A DNA stretch of 63,864 nucleotides, filler included, from Perkinsus chesapeaki ATCC PRA-425 (taxonomy: Eukaryota > Protista > Perkinsozoa), in the NCBI GenBank assembly GCA_013115145.1. It is 13 parts of 13 records of this genome, joined end to end, with 100 filler letters (N's around TTAATTAATTAA, not from the genome) between each part and the next. Parts side by side here need not be neighbours in the genome. Positions count along the whole stretch, not along the records: positions 8,067 to 12,363 come from JAAPAO010001281.1; positions 12,464 to 13,819 come from JAAPAO010002021.1; positions 13,920 to 16,322 come from JAAPAO010001615.1; positions 16,423 to 19,011 come from JAAPAO010001567.1; positions 19,112 to 23,941 come from JAAPAO010001219.1; 8 more parts are not named here. One strand, given 5' to 3'. Below the pieces are notes generated by a model. That model made no database searches and was not told the DNA's origin. It saw only the letters and a program-made list of their open reading frames with translations. This document shows, piece after piece, positions 10,781-22,178 of this stretch. The position numbers were made by a program, and so were the translations under genes. The first letter of the stretch is position 1. The number at the start of each line of letters is the position of its first letter.

Positions 10781-12363
10781 CCCCCCTGCAAAATAATGGA
10801 ACATACCGTATTTTCTCGATTATTCCTTCAATATTGCGTGTTGGATCATGATTTCTGTAAGTTTAGTGACTATAATATGCGAAATAGAGTAGTCATACCA
10901 GTGACGTGGAGGGAGAAACACACTTCTTGCGGATCCTCGATGCGACTGTTCATCCGCCCAACGTGTCAGAACGGTCTTAGCGTGGATCTGTAACATGTGT
11001 ATGGGAGCACAACCAGGTTTGTGCACACGTACACTGAAAGAGCACGCGAGCGTCAACGGGGCGTTGAGAATGAAGATGGAGCATGATATGTTAAGCATAA
11101 GATGAAAGCGAGGAAGGAAGCGGTTTCTCGCTCGCCCTATCAACTTTTCTGAAACCGTCGAAAAATTGCGCGCAGCAAAATTATAGAACATTTGGCCTTT
11201 TCGTCGATTTCTTGAGTGATAGTCACCTCTTCACGCTCGTTTTGTTACTTTTCAACGTGAAATACTATGGTCTAAATGAAACGACGTATCTCCCTCAGTT
11301 TGGCTTTATAACGTCACATAATTGGGCAATCTTCTAGGAGGAACTGTTCGTGAGAAAATTGACGTGTTCTCACCCAACTAGATCTCAAGTACGAGTCTGA
11401 GCACTCCCGGTTAAGCACCGGAGTTATTGTGAAGGAGTTATCGTATGAGCGCGGTTGTAATTATGGTCTTTGTGATCAATTGCCGCCTTCTTGAGAACAT
11501 CAGCCCCGATTTGGTCTACTCAGTGCGACCCTCTATCGTTACACCGGGAATATACGGATGCATTTTCACAAGCGCTAAGCTCAGCGCCTTACATTGGTAA
11601 CAATATCGAGTCGTAACTCGCTTTGGTTGTAGAAAAATGCACCTTTTCATCAGCGCGTCGAGAATCTGCACGCAAACACACTGTGGCGCGCCCGCTTATG
11701 GGCCGCGCGCCGCCTTTTCATAATACTATCAATGATGTGGCTTATCTAACTAAATATGAAGCTTGAATTGATAACTAAATATAATATCCTATCGAATGTC
11801 TTGGGAACTGGTGTCGCAAATGAACTGGTCTACACGTAGCATCACTAACTATCTCCGCCGTCGGTGGCGATTACCATTGAAGTTGATGTTCCGACACGAT
11901 ACGTCTCGTTAAACTCGCTCATGTCTGTTCATGCAGGTGGCGAAAGGCCGCTAGCACACCGCTTCGTTACAGAAAGTTTTTCCTAAGTCACCATTTGTGT
12001 GTCTTTGACGCTTTCTTAGGACATACTATCAGTGCTCTAATTTAGTTCTCAAATAAGATTGATGCCACTTAGGATGGCATAGTGTTCTAGACAGAGAACT
12101 TACTAGTGTGAGAGCCAAATTTACCGCAATCCCGTGGCAATTTCCCTTGGTTTTTGTGCAAAAAATGGATGTTCTATAATTTTGCTGCGCGCAATTTTTC
12201 GACGGTTTCAGAAAAGTTGATAGGGCGAGCGAGAAACACGTCACTGGTATGACTACTCTATTTCTATATTATAGTCACTAAACTTACAAAAAATCATGAT
12301 CCAACACGCAATATTGAAGGAATAATCGAGAAAATACGGTATGTTCCATTATTTTGCAGGGGG
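10781..12363. mobile_element. Non-autonomous DNA transposon with about 195-bp terminal inverted repeats
   Basis: 12169-12363 is the near-identical reverse complement of 10781-10908 plus 11124-11191, with about 215 bp extra in the left arm. There is no convincing internal ORF, and the right end abuts the gap. Confidence 0.8.
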
Positions 12364-12463
12364 NNNNNNNNNNNNNNNNNNNNNNNNNNNNNNNNNNNNN
12401 NNNNNNNTTAATTAATTAANNNNNNNNNNNNNNNNNNNNNNNNNNNNNNNNNNNNNNNNNNNN

Positions 12464-13819
12464 CGCATACAAAATGCGCACGATGCACTTCACAGGACGA
12501 AGTACTACACGAAACTATTAATGAGAATAATATAGATAGAGCAGAAAACGCACTTTCACGAGTGCCCGGCGGAACAATTAATTGTGCAATTGATACAAGA
12601 GAGGATAATGTACGACACTGTGAAAATTGTTGGCGATACAACCAAGCGGACATGCCGATTGATTTACAGTCAGTTGCAGGGCATCTCCTCCAGCGGCGGA
12701 AATATGGCAGGTTGTGTGAGGAGGAGCAATGGTGGGACAAAACTTGGGAATTGTGCAGTGAATGTAAAATGTATCTGACACGTGGAACGGTTGCAAAGTG
12801 GAAATATGCCTGGCCATCAGTGATGTGGGCTGTTGCATTCTTCCGCGTGGATGAGGATAGTACTTATTGCACTCCTGAGAAGCGCTGGAAGCTCATACCT
12901 AACACGCTCCGAGAGTCTTGGAAAGGGAGGGCGCAACAATACAGTGCTTACAGTGGCATAGATTTGCAGCAGATCAGTGTGTGCTTCGTGGACAAGACAA
13001 CTGAAAAGAAGTGGCTGAATGATATGAAAAACACGGGGGACTTGCAGAGCATCAGATCTTACTTAGAAGCTTCGTATATTCCATGTGTTCGATGCCCTTG
13101 CGGGGCTCAAGAGTTTACGGATGACTGTAAAAGTATGAGGTTCTACCACATAATAGAAAAGGCATTACCAACCTTCACGAGTTTCGGCAGCGATGCATAC
13201 AAGACTTTACGAGGTATGCGAAATGACTTCGCGGAGCCATGGATTCAGTACGGCCAACACGTGAGCGGTGCAGTGAGAATTGACGGTGAGGGTTTGAGCT
13301 TATTGACCTGCGACGAACATCCCCGAGGGATTCTCCTACAATACGTGCATGCCCCTAGCAGTCCAATAGGCCTTTTACCGGCAGCATACGCGGAGCAACT
13401 CGGCCCAGTAGTAATGGCACCAGCATTGCTGCGAAATCTACAGCCCAAATACTCTTCTCATACGTGGCAGCTCAATGAGGTACGAGGGGGGTATCAAGGG
13501 TTGTCCTCTTGGGTAGTCAGCCAGCGGAGAAAATGGGCGATTAGGTCGGAGTTACTGGCAAGGCAAGAAGCCCTGGTTTATAAAGAGCGAGAAGACCTCC
13601 GATCGTATATAGAGCACCACGTTAGAACTGAATACAACGAGGTTGTTTTCAGACAACTTGAGCAAGAAAGTGTACCTGATAAAAATATTTTGCATGAAGC
13701 AGTCAAGGGAGCCTCTTACATCACAGCACAGGAAAGTGTGGAAATGCTACGCACTAGAAAGACAAAGCCAGATGATAGCAGGACGAGAATGGCAGCCATA
13801 ACGGGTGCGGCCGGTGATG
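12464..13819 (+). CDS. Intronless Cys/Trp-rich ORF fragment, open at both gaps; likely mobile-element protein
   Basis: About 450 codons without a stop. It contains CxxC pairs (CARC, CENC, CSEC), CVRCPCG, WPSVMW and WKLIP. Confidence 0.7.
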
Positions 13820-16422
13820 NNNNNNNNNNNNNNNNNNNNNNNNNNNNNNNNNNNNNNNNNNNNTTAATTAATTAANNNNNNNNNNNNNNNNNNNNNNNNN
13901 NNNNNNNNNNNNNNNNNNNCGTACTGTCTCCGTAAGCTGACCCAGGGAAGTAGCAGCGGAATCCTTAGCCAGAGCTTGGACTTAACATTGGAACCCGTGG
14001 GCAAACCGCTAAGAAGTTGGAGCGAGGTAGGTCTCGAAGCGGCGGAGGAAGATCTCGAACGACTTGCCGGTCTCCCCTCTATCAGAATCAGGCAACCCTC
14101 TAAAGGTCGGTCACAGAGACGAATACTCAGTATTCTCGTTCTGGTTCATATTCTCGGTTCCAGTACCAGGTTGTTATGATCTTGTGTTTTACTGAGCTTG
14201 ACTCTGTAACTGCTGATGAACACAGGTCTCCAAAGCAGAGACGAAACCTGCTCTTAACTTTATGAGCACAGCGGGAGATACAGGCTTAGCTATGCACAAC
14301 GCTAAGCATGAAAAGCGCACAATTGCGCTGTCTACTACAGGTATCTCGCTAGGGCACTACAATCCACAAAGGCCTTCTCAATGCCCCCACACATCCTGAG
14401 AATGAATATAATGTACGCGCCGAAGGCGAGCATTTTTCCAAACCTTCAAGTTCCTCAATACCAAAGAAAGATGTAAAATGGCTCACGTCGATAGTCGGTT
14501 CCCAATATTAAGGCAAGATGAGGAACTCACCAATGACGATGTATCCAACGGCAGTAGCGAATTGCTTGCTACTTGCTACTAGCAAGTGCCCTGCGGGTTT
14601 CGTTAATCCTTCGCCATTATCCAATACATGAAGTATTTCGAAGTAAAACCGACCCACATTCCGACTACGTATCGCGTGACACGTACGCAGGCCCATTGGT
14701 TAAGCCAATTTGGTTTCGGTCTCACGTTTACCGGTGCCTTTTGCGAACCCCCACCCTCCAAAGCCACCCTTTAGTGAGCCTTCATATAGGAAAGAATCAT
14801 CTCGTCTAATGGATAATGATAGCGGTGTGTGTGCCCTATCACGGGTATGTTTTGGTGGGGCTGAAGTGAGAAAGATTCTTACAAAAAACTAACTATACTA
14901 CCTGATAGAGAAAATTACGGGGATTCAGAATATATATGTCACGCCGTTTCAAACGTTTTTTTACAAGAAATTTCGCTCGCCCAAAATTCTGCGCGCTTTT
15001 TACTACGTGCCTGCGCACGCGTACCGTACTAGACCCAAGTTTTGGGTTGGTGACAACGCAATATAATAGCTTAATAGCTGCAACTGATCATAATATATAG
15101 TATACCAAGTTGTATCACTCGACACCGCCACTTGATGAGCTGGAGCTGCTGGAATCATCGTATGGATGACTGGCGGTACTGTTGGCCCTCGCCTTGAAGC
15201 GAGCAGCTTCAAGCCCCACCAAAACATACCCGTGCTATGTGCATTCTTGTGTGCGACGCACACTGTGTGTGACACTACGGAGACAGTCTGTTGTTCCACA
15301 GGGATAGGAATTGTAGGAATTGTGGAAAGCCACCGTTATTGTCGCTGCTTTTCGCCCTAAGTTGGAGGTTCATTTTAACTTCAATAGATCTACTGCTGGC
15401 TTATATTGGGGGAATGTTGCCTCTAAAGAATCCGATTTCGGTATAGGCCCTGTAGTACAGGGTAATTGCTTCACCAATATTCATATGGGAATCATGTTTA
15501 AAGCCCAATAGTAACCGATTCCCAATGAATAGTTAGAAATGTTCTAGGAACACGTCCCCTACTTCGAAATGCGTAGTCAGCGGTTCGGCAGCGGCCCTGC
15601 TGCTGAAACTCTGGCAATCATTCATGCCGCCTGAGTAACGCGACTAAGACCCCAATTCAACTGTCAAATCAATGTTGCTCAACAGCTGAGGCGATTCCAG
15701 ACGTTCCGCCTCGGGGATAGCCATGTCTTGTAAGCGACGAATGAGCAAATAACAGAACGGCCACCTCTCGCAGTCTGTTGACCGATAACTTCGCACTGGT
15801 CACCTAAATACGGCCAGAAGTTCGTGATATATCGTTTATCTCAGTCAACAAAGTGTCTGCACGTTTCGGTCTCGAGCCATGTATTCAGTGAATACTATTC
15901 ACCCCAGATGGATTCCCCCATCGAAGGTTTTCGTTTATTGCGCGCTCGTTTGCTTTATAATATACATATACAGTATATATCGGAGCATCTACTGTGCATG
16001 CATGCACGACTGAAAAATATTCAGTGAAAATCCTCTTGCAAAAATAAAAGTAAGAAAGCTTCGTTGGCCCCCTTCTGAACTTGCGTCCATCATTATAATA
16101 ATGTTGTGAATGTTTAATGTTCAGAATTCGAGTTCGTTAGTGCGGAGTCACTCAAGTTTCGCCCACCAAAGCATTGATCCCATTCAGACAATCATGTATC
16201 ACTTCTGTTGTTTGAACCAGAGTGGTTATCAATGAGGCTTAGGCAGTTTCGGCAGTTTCGGCGACAGGATAGCTCCGGGCAGGGTGTGCATAGTGTGTTT
16301 GAACAACTGTACCTGGTTAGGCNNNNNNNNNNNNNNNNNNNNNNNNNNNNNNNNNNNNNNNNNNNNTTAATTAATTAANNNNNNNNNNNNNNNNNNNNNN
16401 NNNNNNNNNNNNNNNNNNNNNN

Positions 16423-18921
16423 GAATCATCTCTAGGTGATTGTTCGCATTCTACTATTCCCGCTGACCACGAGGCTTTGATCGTTCATTGCGATGCTTCA
16501 TCGGCAGGCTATGGGTATCTGCTACACTCAGTGAGTGGGTCGCAGGAAGATCAATGGGCTGATTTAACTGATCCTTCTAAGGTTCTGCTAGAAGCCTCTG
16601 CCGGATCTTTCACTTTTCGTTCACCAGAATACAGGTGGCATATAAACCGTAAGGAAGCGACGGTGTTACACCGTTCCCTCACATCTTTGGAACACTGGTT
16701 AGGCCTTTTCAGTCCTTACTCGAGACAAGTGAGGAGAGCAGTGGTTTATTGCGATAATAAATCTGCTGTGTCATGGTCTACAAGCTTATTGGTTGGAACC
16801 AGAAGCTACGATAAGATTGCTCTCCAACGCCTGGTTGACTCAATTTCAACCATTGTCTCACATATACGTGATGTATATGGAGTTGAGTTGGAGTTTAAAT
16901 ATCTTGAGGGTAAAAGAAACTCCGAGGCTGATCGCCTTTCGAGATTGAGTGCTTCTACCCCGAAGCTAGTGATTAGCGAATCTTCGGAGTGCGAAACTCC
17001 TAATAATACCGGGCATACTACAATGATGACTGTGACGACCTGTGCTCAGGATGTTTGTTCATTAGATTCTCATTCATGGTCAAGTCACCGTTTTCTCCAC
17101 CCTCACCCCACCACTTTCAGCTCAACTGCATCGGAGACTGTTATGTCCATTCACGAGCAGACCGAGCCGGCTGTATTTAAGGAGTTTAATGATTTAACTG
17201 CAGTTGGTAATATGACGGAGAATGACATCATTAAGCATACTGCATCCGCTCTTGCTTGTGAAGAGTATATTCGTTCTATTGAAGTTGTTCCTAAAATTTC
17301 AATTTTCGATATACTAGTTGCACTAGGTGTGAAACCTGGCCAGGATGTTAAACCTGGAGCAGCGGCTTTATGTGAGGGTCCAAGAGCTTCCTTTTGCTGG
17401 GATAGCAAACGGAAGGTCTTATTGTATCGAGACTTTAAGATGAGTCCTGAATGGTATATTTATCTATTTACTCCCCGAGCACGTTCATGGGTATTGTACC
17501 ACTATCACCATGCTCCACTCACTGGTTGCCACCGTTCTGCTTCGCGGTGTTTACAAGCGGTTCTTAAGGCTGGTTTTTATTTCCCCAAGATTGGATCACT
17601 TGTTCGTCGTGCAACCGAACGATGTCGTAAGTGCCAGTTGAGTAAAGCTGGTGGCCCGAATCCTCAGCAGCCCTTCTCGTATCGGCGTGGGAATTCCCGC
17701 TTTGCTGAGATTCAGCTGGATTTCTTGGGTCCTATGAAAGACTGTGAAGGCTTGGACCAAGATCCTAACAACTGTCCTTATATAGCATTAATGGTTGATT
17801 GTGCTACTAATTTTGTTATTGGTTGCCCCGTGTCTAGCACATCTACTAATTGTGTGATATATGCTTTATTACAATGGATCGCTGTATTTGGTCGCCCCAA
17901 GGTTGTTCAACTTGATTCTCCACCAACTCATTCTTCGGAAGAGCTTCGCCGATTCCTCGAGGTGATGGATATCACCAGATCTCTTGGTATATCACGACGT
18001 CCTCAATGTCAAGGCCGTGTTGAGAATGTTGTGAAGGAAATTAAGATTGCCCTTAAGTGCAATTCCATCGACAAGGTTGACACTCTACCTTGGTGGGTAT
18101 CAGTACAGTGTGCTATATGCGTGCATAATAATGCGCGATCTGCTCCTCATAATAGGAGTCCAACTGAATTATGTTTTGGCACTGAGTCTCCGATTTTGGA
18201 GCTGCCCTCTACTACTGATTCCGTTGAAGGAAAATGGGAGAAGCTTCACTCTCAGATTGCTGATGATTTCTTTATCTGTAATGCGATCCAAAGTGATGAT
18301 GCTCATAGAGCTGAAATGGCTGAGATAGCCCACAAGGCTCCCTTTCGTGTATACTCAGTTGGTGATAAAGTTCGTCTTTCACGGTTGGAAGATGGGAAAC
18401 GCGTACTTCGCGGTCCTTTCACTGTCACTGAGCTAAACGACTCCAACCCCTTTCTTTATCGATTGGATGGATGGTCTCAGGGCTGGGTGTCTTTAAACCA
18501 GCTTCTCCCCTTTAAGGATGATAGTAACCTGGAGCTATTTAATCATGCAGTTCGCCCTCATCAGGCTTACTCTGCAAGCATTTTTAGGCTCAAGTTTCCT
18601 GACGATATTGGTATACCACTTGACGAAGTATCCAGCGGTGATTTTATTATATATCCTGTTGACGAGAACGTCTCTGATGATGGTGAACCTCATCGTACTA
18701 TTTATATTATGGAAGTAATGGATCGTGATGATCATATTCTTCATGCATTGTCGCTTAATAGAGATGGCAAAAATCGCTGGGTGCGTCCTCCGGTCCGTGA
18801 CAGACAAGAGTTTATGTGGGATATTGATGATAGTGCTATCTTGGGAGCTTTTAAGCCTACAAGGACTAGACGTCTTCCAATGAAGGTCAGTTCTTGGCTT
18901 TCTGAACATGGTGCCGCTTAA
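16423..18921 (+). mobile_element. LTR-retrotransposon pol 3' part: RNase H plus DDE integrase
   Basis: RNase H: HCDAS, HINRKE, YCDNKS, EGKRNSEADRLSR. Integrase: HHCC finger (YHHAPLTGCH..CRKC), IQLDFLGP, VQLDSPP, QGRVEN, GPF module. The frame is open from the gap. Confidence 0.93.
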
Positions 18922-18925
18922 GTAC

Positions 18926-19011
18926 AGGCTGGGGGGCATGCAAGCAAAATTGCTATGTCGCCTGTACATTGTATTAATACTGTGACTAATAGTGTATCTG
19001 CGCAGACAATA
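18926..19011 (+). repeat. Polypurine tract and start of the 3' LTR
   Basis: aggctgggggg at 18926-18936 directly after the pol stop, then TG at 18939; truncated by the gap. Confidence 0.6.
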
Positions 19012-19270
19012 NNNNNNNNNNNNNNNNNNNNNNNNNNNNNNNNNNNNNNNNNNNNTTAATTAATTAANNNNNNNNNNNNNNNNNNNNNNNNNNNNNNNNN
19101 NNNNNNNNNNNACCATCCTAACATAATGCCAGGTTCTTGTGTTGATGAAACTACTGTTACGTCTCGGGATGACTTGCTACATTCGTCACATGGCGGAGCG
19201 AAGCGATTTATGTCTTGATATTTTAGAAAATCTTCTTTATCAACTGCAGTGGTTGGTTTGATCGGCACGA

Positions 19271-21155
19271 ATGTCTTTCAACACTAGCTACGCGTCAGCG
19301 GCAGCAGCGGGAGGTCTAGAGGGGTAGGTTGATGGGTTAGTGGGAATCTTAGGTTGAAGCTGGCAAGATTCGCAGGAGGTCAATGTGAGATATTCGCAAG
19401 GCACAGCGATTGTATCTCAGATGGGAGAGGAACCCAGACGCCACTATTTACGTTGGTAATCTCGACGGCAAAGTTGATGAGGAGCTCTTATGGGAGCTGT
19501 TCGTACAGTGCGGGCCGATTCAAAATGTATCCTTGCCGAGAGACAGGTAACGCGGTCCTCTAGTTGTCCGTGTTCGATTCTGGACCCTTCAGAATCGTCG
19601 GCTCTCACCAGGGCTATGGCTTCGTTGAGTTTAAGAACCCCGATGATGCTGAATATGCCGTGAAAATAATGAACTTGGTAAGAGCTATCAACACTTTCCA
19701 TATAAGCGCGTACGGCTTCTGTTTTCAGACTAAACTTTTCAGCAAGCCTATTCGGTGTAACAAGTCTTCCTCTGACAAGATCGTTAGAGATGAGGTAATG
19801 CATGGTCGTCGAATCAAACGCAACTCGGTCGCAAGAGTCCTGACTTTCATACGTGAAAGGAGATACTTCGACTTGGCTTTCTATTGGCGGGCAGGATTAT
19901 GCATATTCGATTTGTTCAGGTCGGAGCCAATCTTTTCATTGGTAACCTCGGCCCAGATGTGGATGAGAAACAGTTATATGACACTTTCTCGGCATTTGGT
20001 AGTATTGGGGGAAGATCTATCTCCGAACCGCCGGGTGTAGCAACTTCTTCATCAGAGGCGGGGGGATATACTGTGGAAGTTGAGAATCTAGCAGTATTAT
20101 TACACTTCGGAAGTTTCGCCATCCGCAGGGCACCCGAAGGGTACCCTTTCTGCTAATAGTTCTGAGACCCGCTGAGCTGGTGTTATGGTATAGAGTCTGT
20201 TGTGACGTATTTGCAACTGAGCTCCAGTCCACTGGCATCATCCCCACTTGTAGCGCTCCTCCCAAAGGTCAGCTGTAAACGTATCTGAGCTTTCCCAGTC
20301 CAAATATACAATTCTACGCATCAGTCTCACAGTAGTTATTGCTGTGACGTGTCCGTCATCTCCCTCAGGTATCGTAGTGTTCTGTAAGATAATGCGAAGT
20401 GAGACCGGCGAATCGAAGGGCTTTGGTTTTGTCAGCTATGATGGGTTCGAGGCATCGGACGCCGCCATGGCCGGCATGAATGGTAACACCTCGCCTTGGT
20501 ATAAATAATCCTTACCTTCGCCGTATCAGGGCAATATCTGTGTAATCGTCAAATCTCTGTGTCGTACTCGTACAAGAAGGACAGTAAGGGAGAGCGACAC
20601 GGAACGGCGGCTGAGAGGCTTCTTGCGGCTAATAGGGATAAGTAGTATTTCGGAGAGTCACCTTGCTTGCATCAATGACTTTGCTTTATAGCGCCCATCC
20701 ACATGGTATGGAGAACGAGTACTATGCCAGTGTGGGGATGTCGGCAATGCCCCAAGCAGCTCCAGCTCCCCTCGCAGGTACCCGAGTTCCGCAGTGGTGT
20801 TGCTTGTAACCTTTTCGCTTCAGGTAGTCTTCCTACCCCTCCTGCCCTCCCACCGGGAATGTCTGCTCCTTCGGTAATATTATCGCTGGTCATCATCTCG
20901 GTATCACTTGTCCTTCCCTAGGGTACGTCTAACTTCCCAACACCCCCGATGCCTCCACCGGGAATGGCCTTCCCCCCTGGCATGCCACCGCCACCAGGCA
21001 TGCCCCTCCCTCCAGGTAGCGCCGCGAGCGTCTCTATAAGTTTATTCTTCGATATAGGAATGCCCCCACCGCCGGGAATGCCGCTTCCCCCGGGAATGCC
21101 CCCACCGCCAGGCATGCCGCTTCCTCCGGGGATGCCCCCACCGCACAGCACATAA
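19271..21155 (+). CDS. SF3B4: Splicing factor 3B subunit 4 (SAP49), multi-exon
   Basis: RRM1 [25 protein letters not shown] / HQGYGFVEF; RRM2 [26 protein letters not shown] / [18 protein letters not shown]; [22 protein letters not shown]; Pro-rich tail. Confidence 0.93.
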
Positions 21156-21271
21156 ACGAATCACTGTAGAAATACGATAGCTGTTTCCGAGCGACTCCCT
21201 TTAGCAGGTACGGAATAGCAGAGGAGGCAAGGCTCTGTTTGGCGGCCTTAAGTACTATTGCTTTTCCTACT

Positions 21272-21914
21272 ATGAGCAAGCTTTGGTGGGAGAAGAGTAC
21301 CAATGAAATAGAGTCACTCTTTTCCACGTCAATCCGGAGATGTCTTTTGTTCTTTTCTTCCTTACAATGTTCAGTTTTATTATGTCCCTTTTGTGATGTC
21401 AACTCGAACTCCGGCAATCAGCGAGGATTTCCCCCATTTTCTGGCATGGTAGCCCGTCGTAACATCTTGGTCGCACTTACCGGCAGGTATGGTCTGATAC
21501 CCGATTTCTCCCACTTGGCGAAAGATGACAAGTTCCACTGCAGAGACCAGTGGTTCCGACTCAAGCAACTCGTCGACTGTAGATACTATGCTCATTTGCA
21601 GTGAGTTATTCTGATAGAAAAATCGAATTCCAATCCATATCCGCATTCGCCAGATACGCTGAGTCCGAAAGCTACAATGCTAAACTCGTTATGAGTCGAG
21701 TAGAGGACATTCGGTGGTGCCAACAGATCAAGAAATTGCCGATGGAGAGCCGACCAGAAGCCTATAAGAAATGGTACAGTGTCCAATTCAGCGTCGGCTT
21801 TGCTGTATAGAAGTTTGCTGCTTTAGGTGGGTCGCGAAGGAATACCGTATCAATGACGTGTGGGAGTATCGAGAGCCTCCGCCGACACAAGGATTGATGG
21901 GCAATATCGATTGA
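21272..21914 (+). CDS. Small spliced hypothetical protein
   Basis: Short GT-AG introns join GMVARRNILVALTGRYGLIPDF..., YAESESYNAKLVMSR... and WWVAKEYRINDVWEYREPPPTQGLMGNID*. Confidence 0.55.
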
Positions 21915-22178
21915 TTTGCCAACGTCATAGTTTCTGTATGTTTCCTGATATACTACTGATTGCGTAATATTAACTTGCTCAACTCTAAACAAATGTAGAA
22001 GTGTACCCCTTTTGCGGCATATTAGGCCGGCTGAGTTTGCATCCCTCAGAGACCGATGCCTCGAGGTCCGCTATGATTGCAAACAACCCTCTCTTGTGAG
22101 AGAAAAGTACAAACCAAGCATGGAGGTCGAAAAGTAGACGGAAAACAAAATAACGGTTTTGCAGGAAATATATAACAA

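Noticed and set aside
9672-18921. Treating gag (9672), the ORF at 12464 and pol (16423) as one element
   Set aside because: They are separated by artificial spacers, so order and adjacency are unproven.
21446-21490. MVARRNILVALTG as a PPC-decarboxylase/HAL3 flavoprotein start
   Set aside because: The downstream sequence lacks the other flavoprotein motifs (SVAA, PxxxNT); the match is only a few residues.
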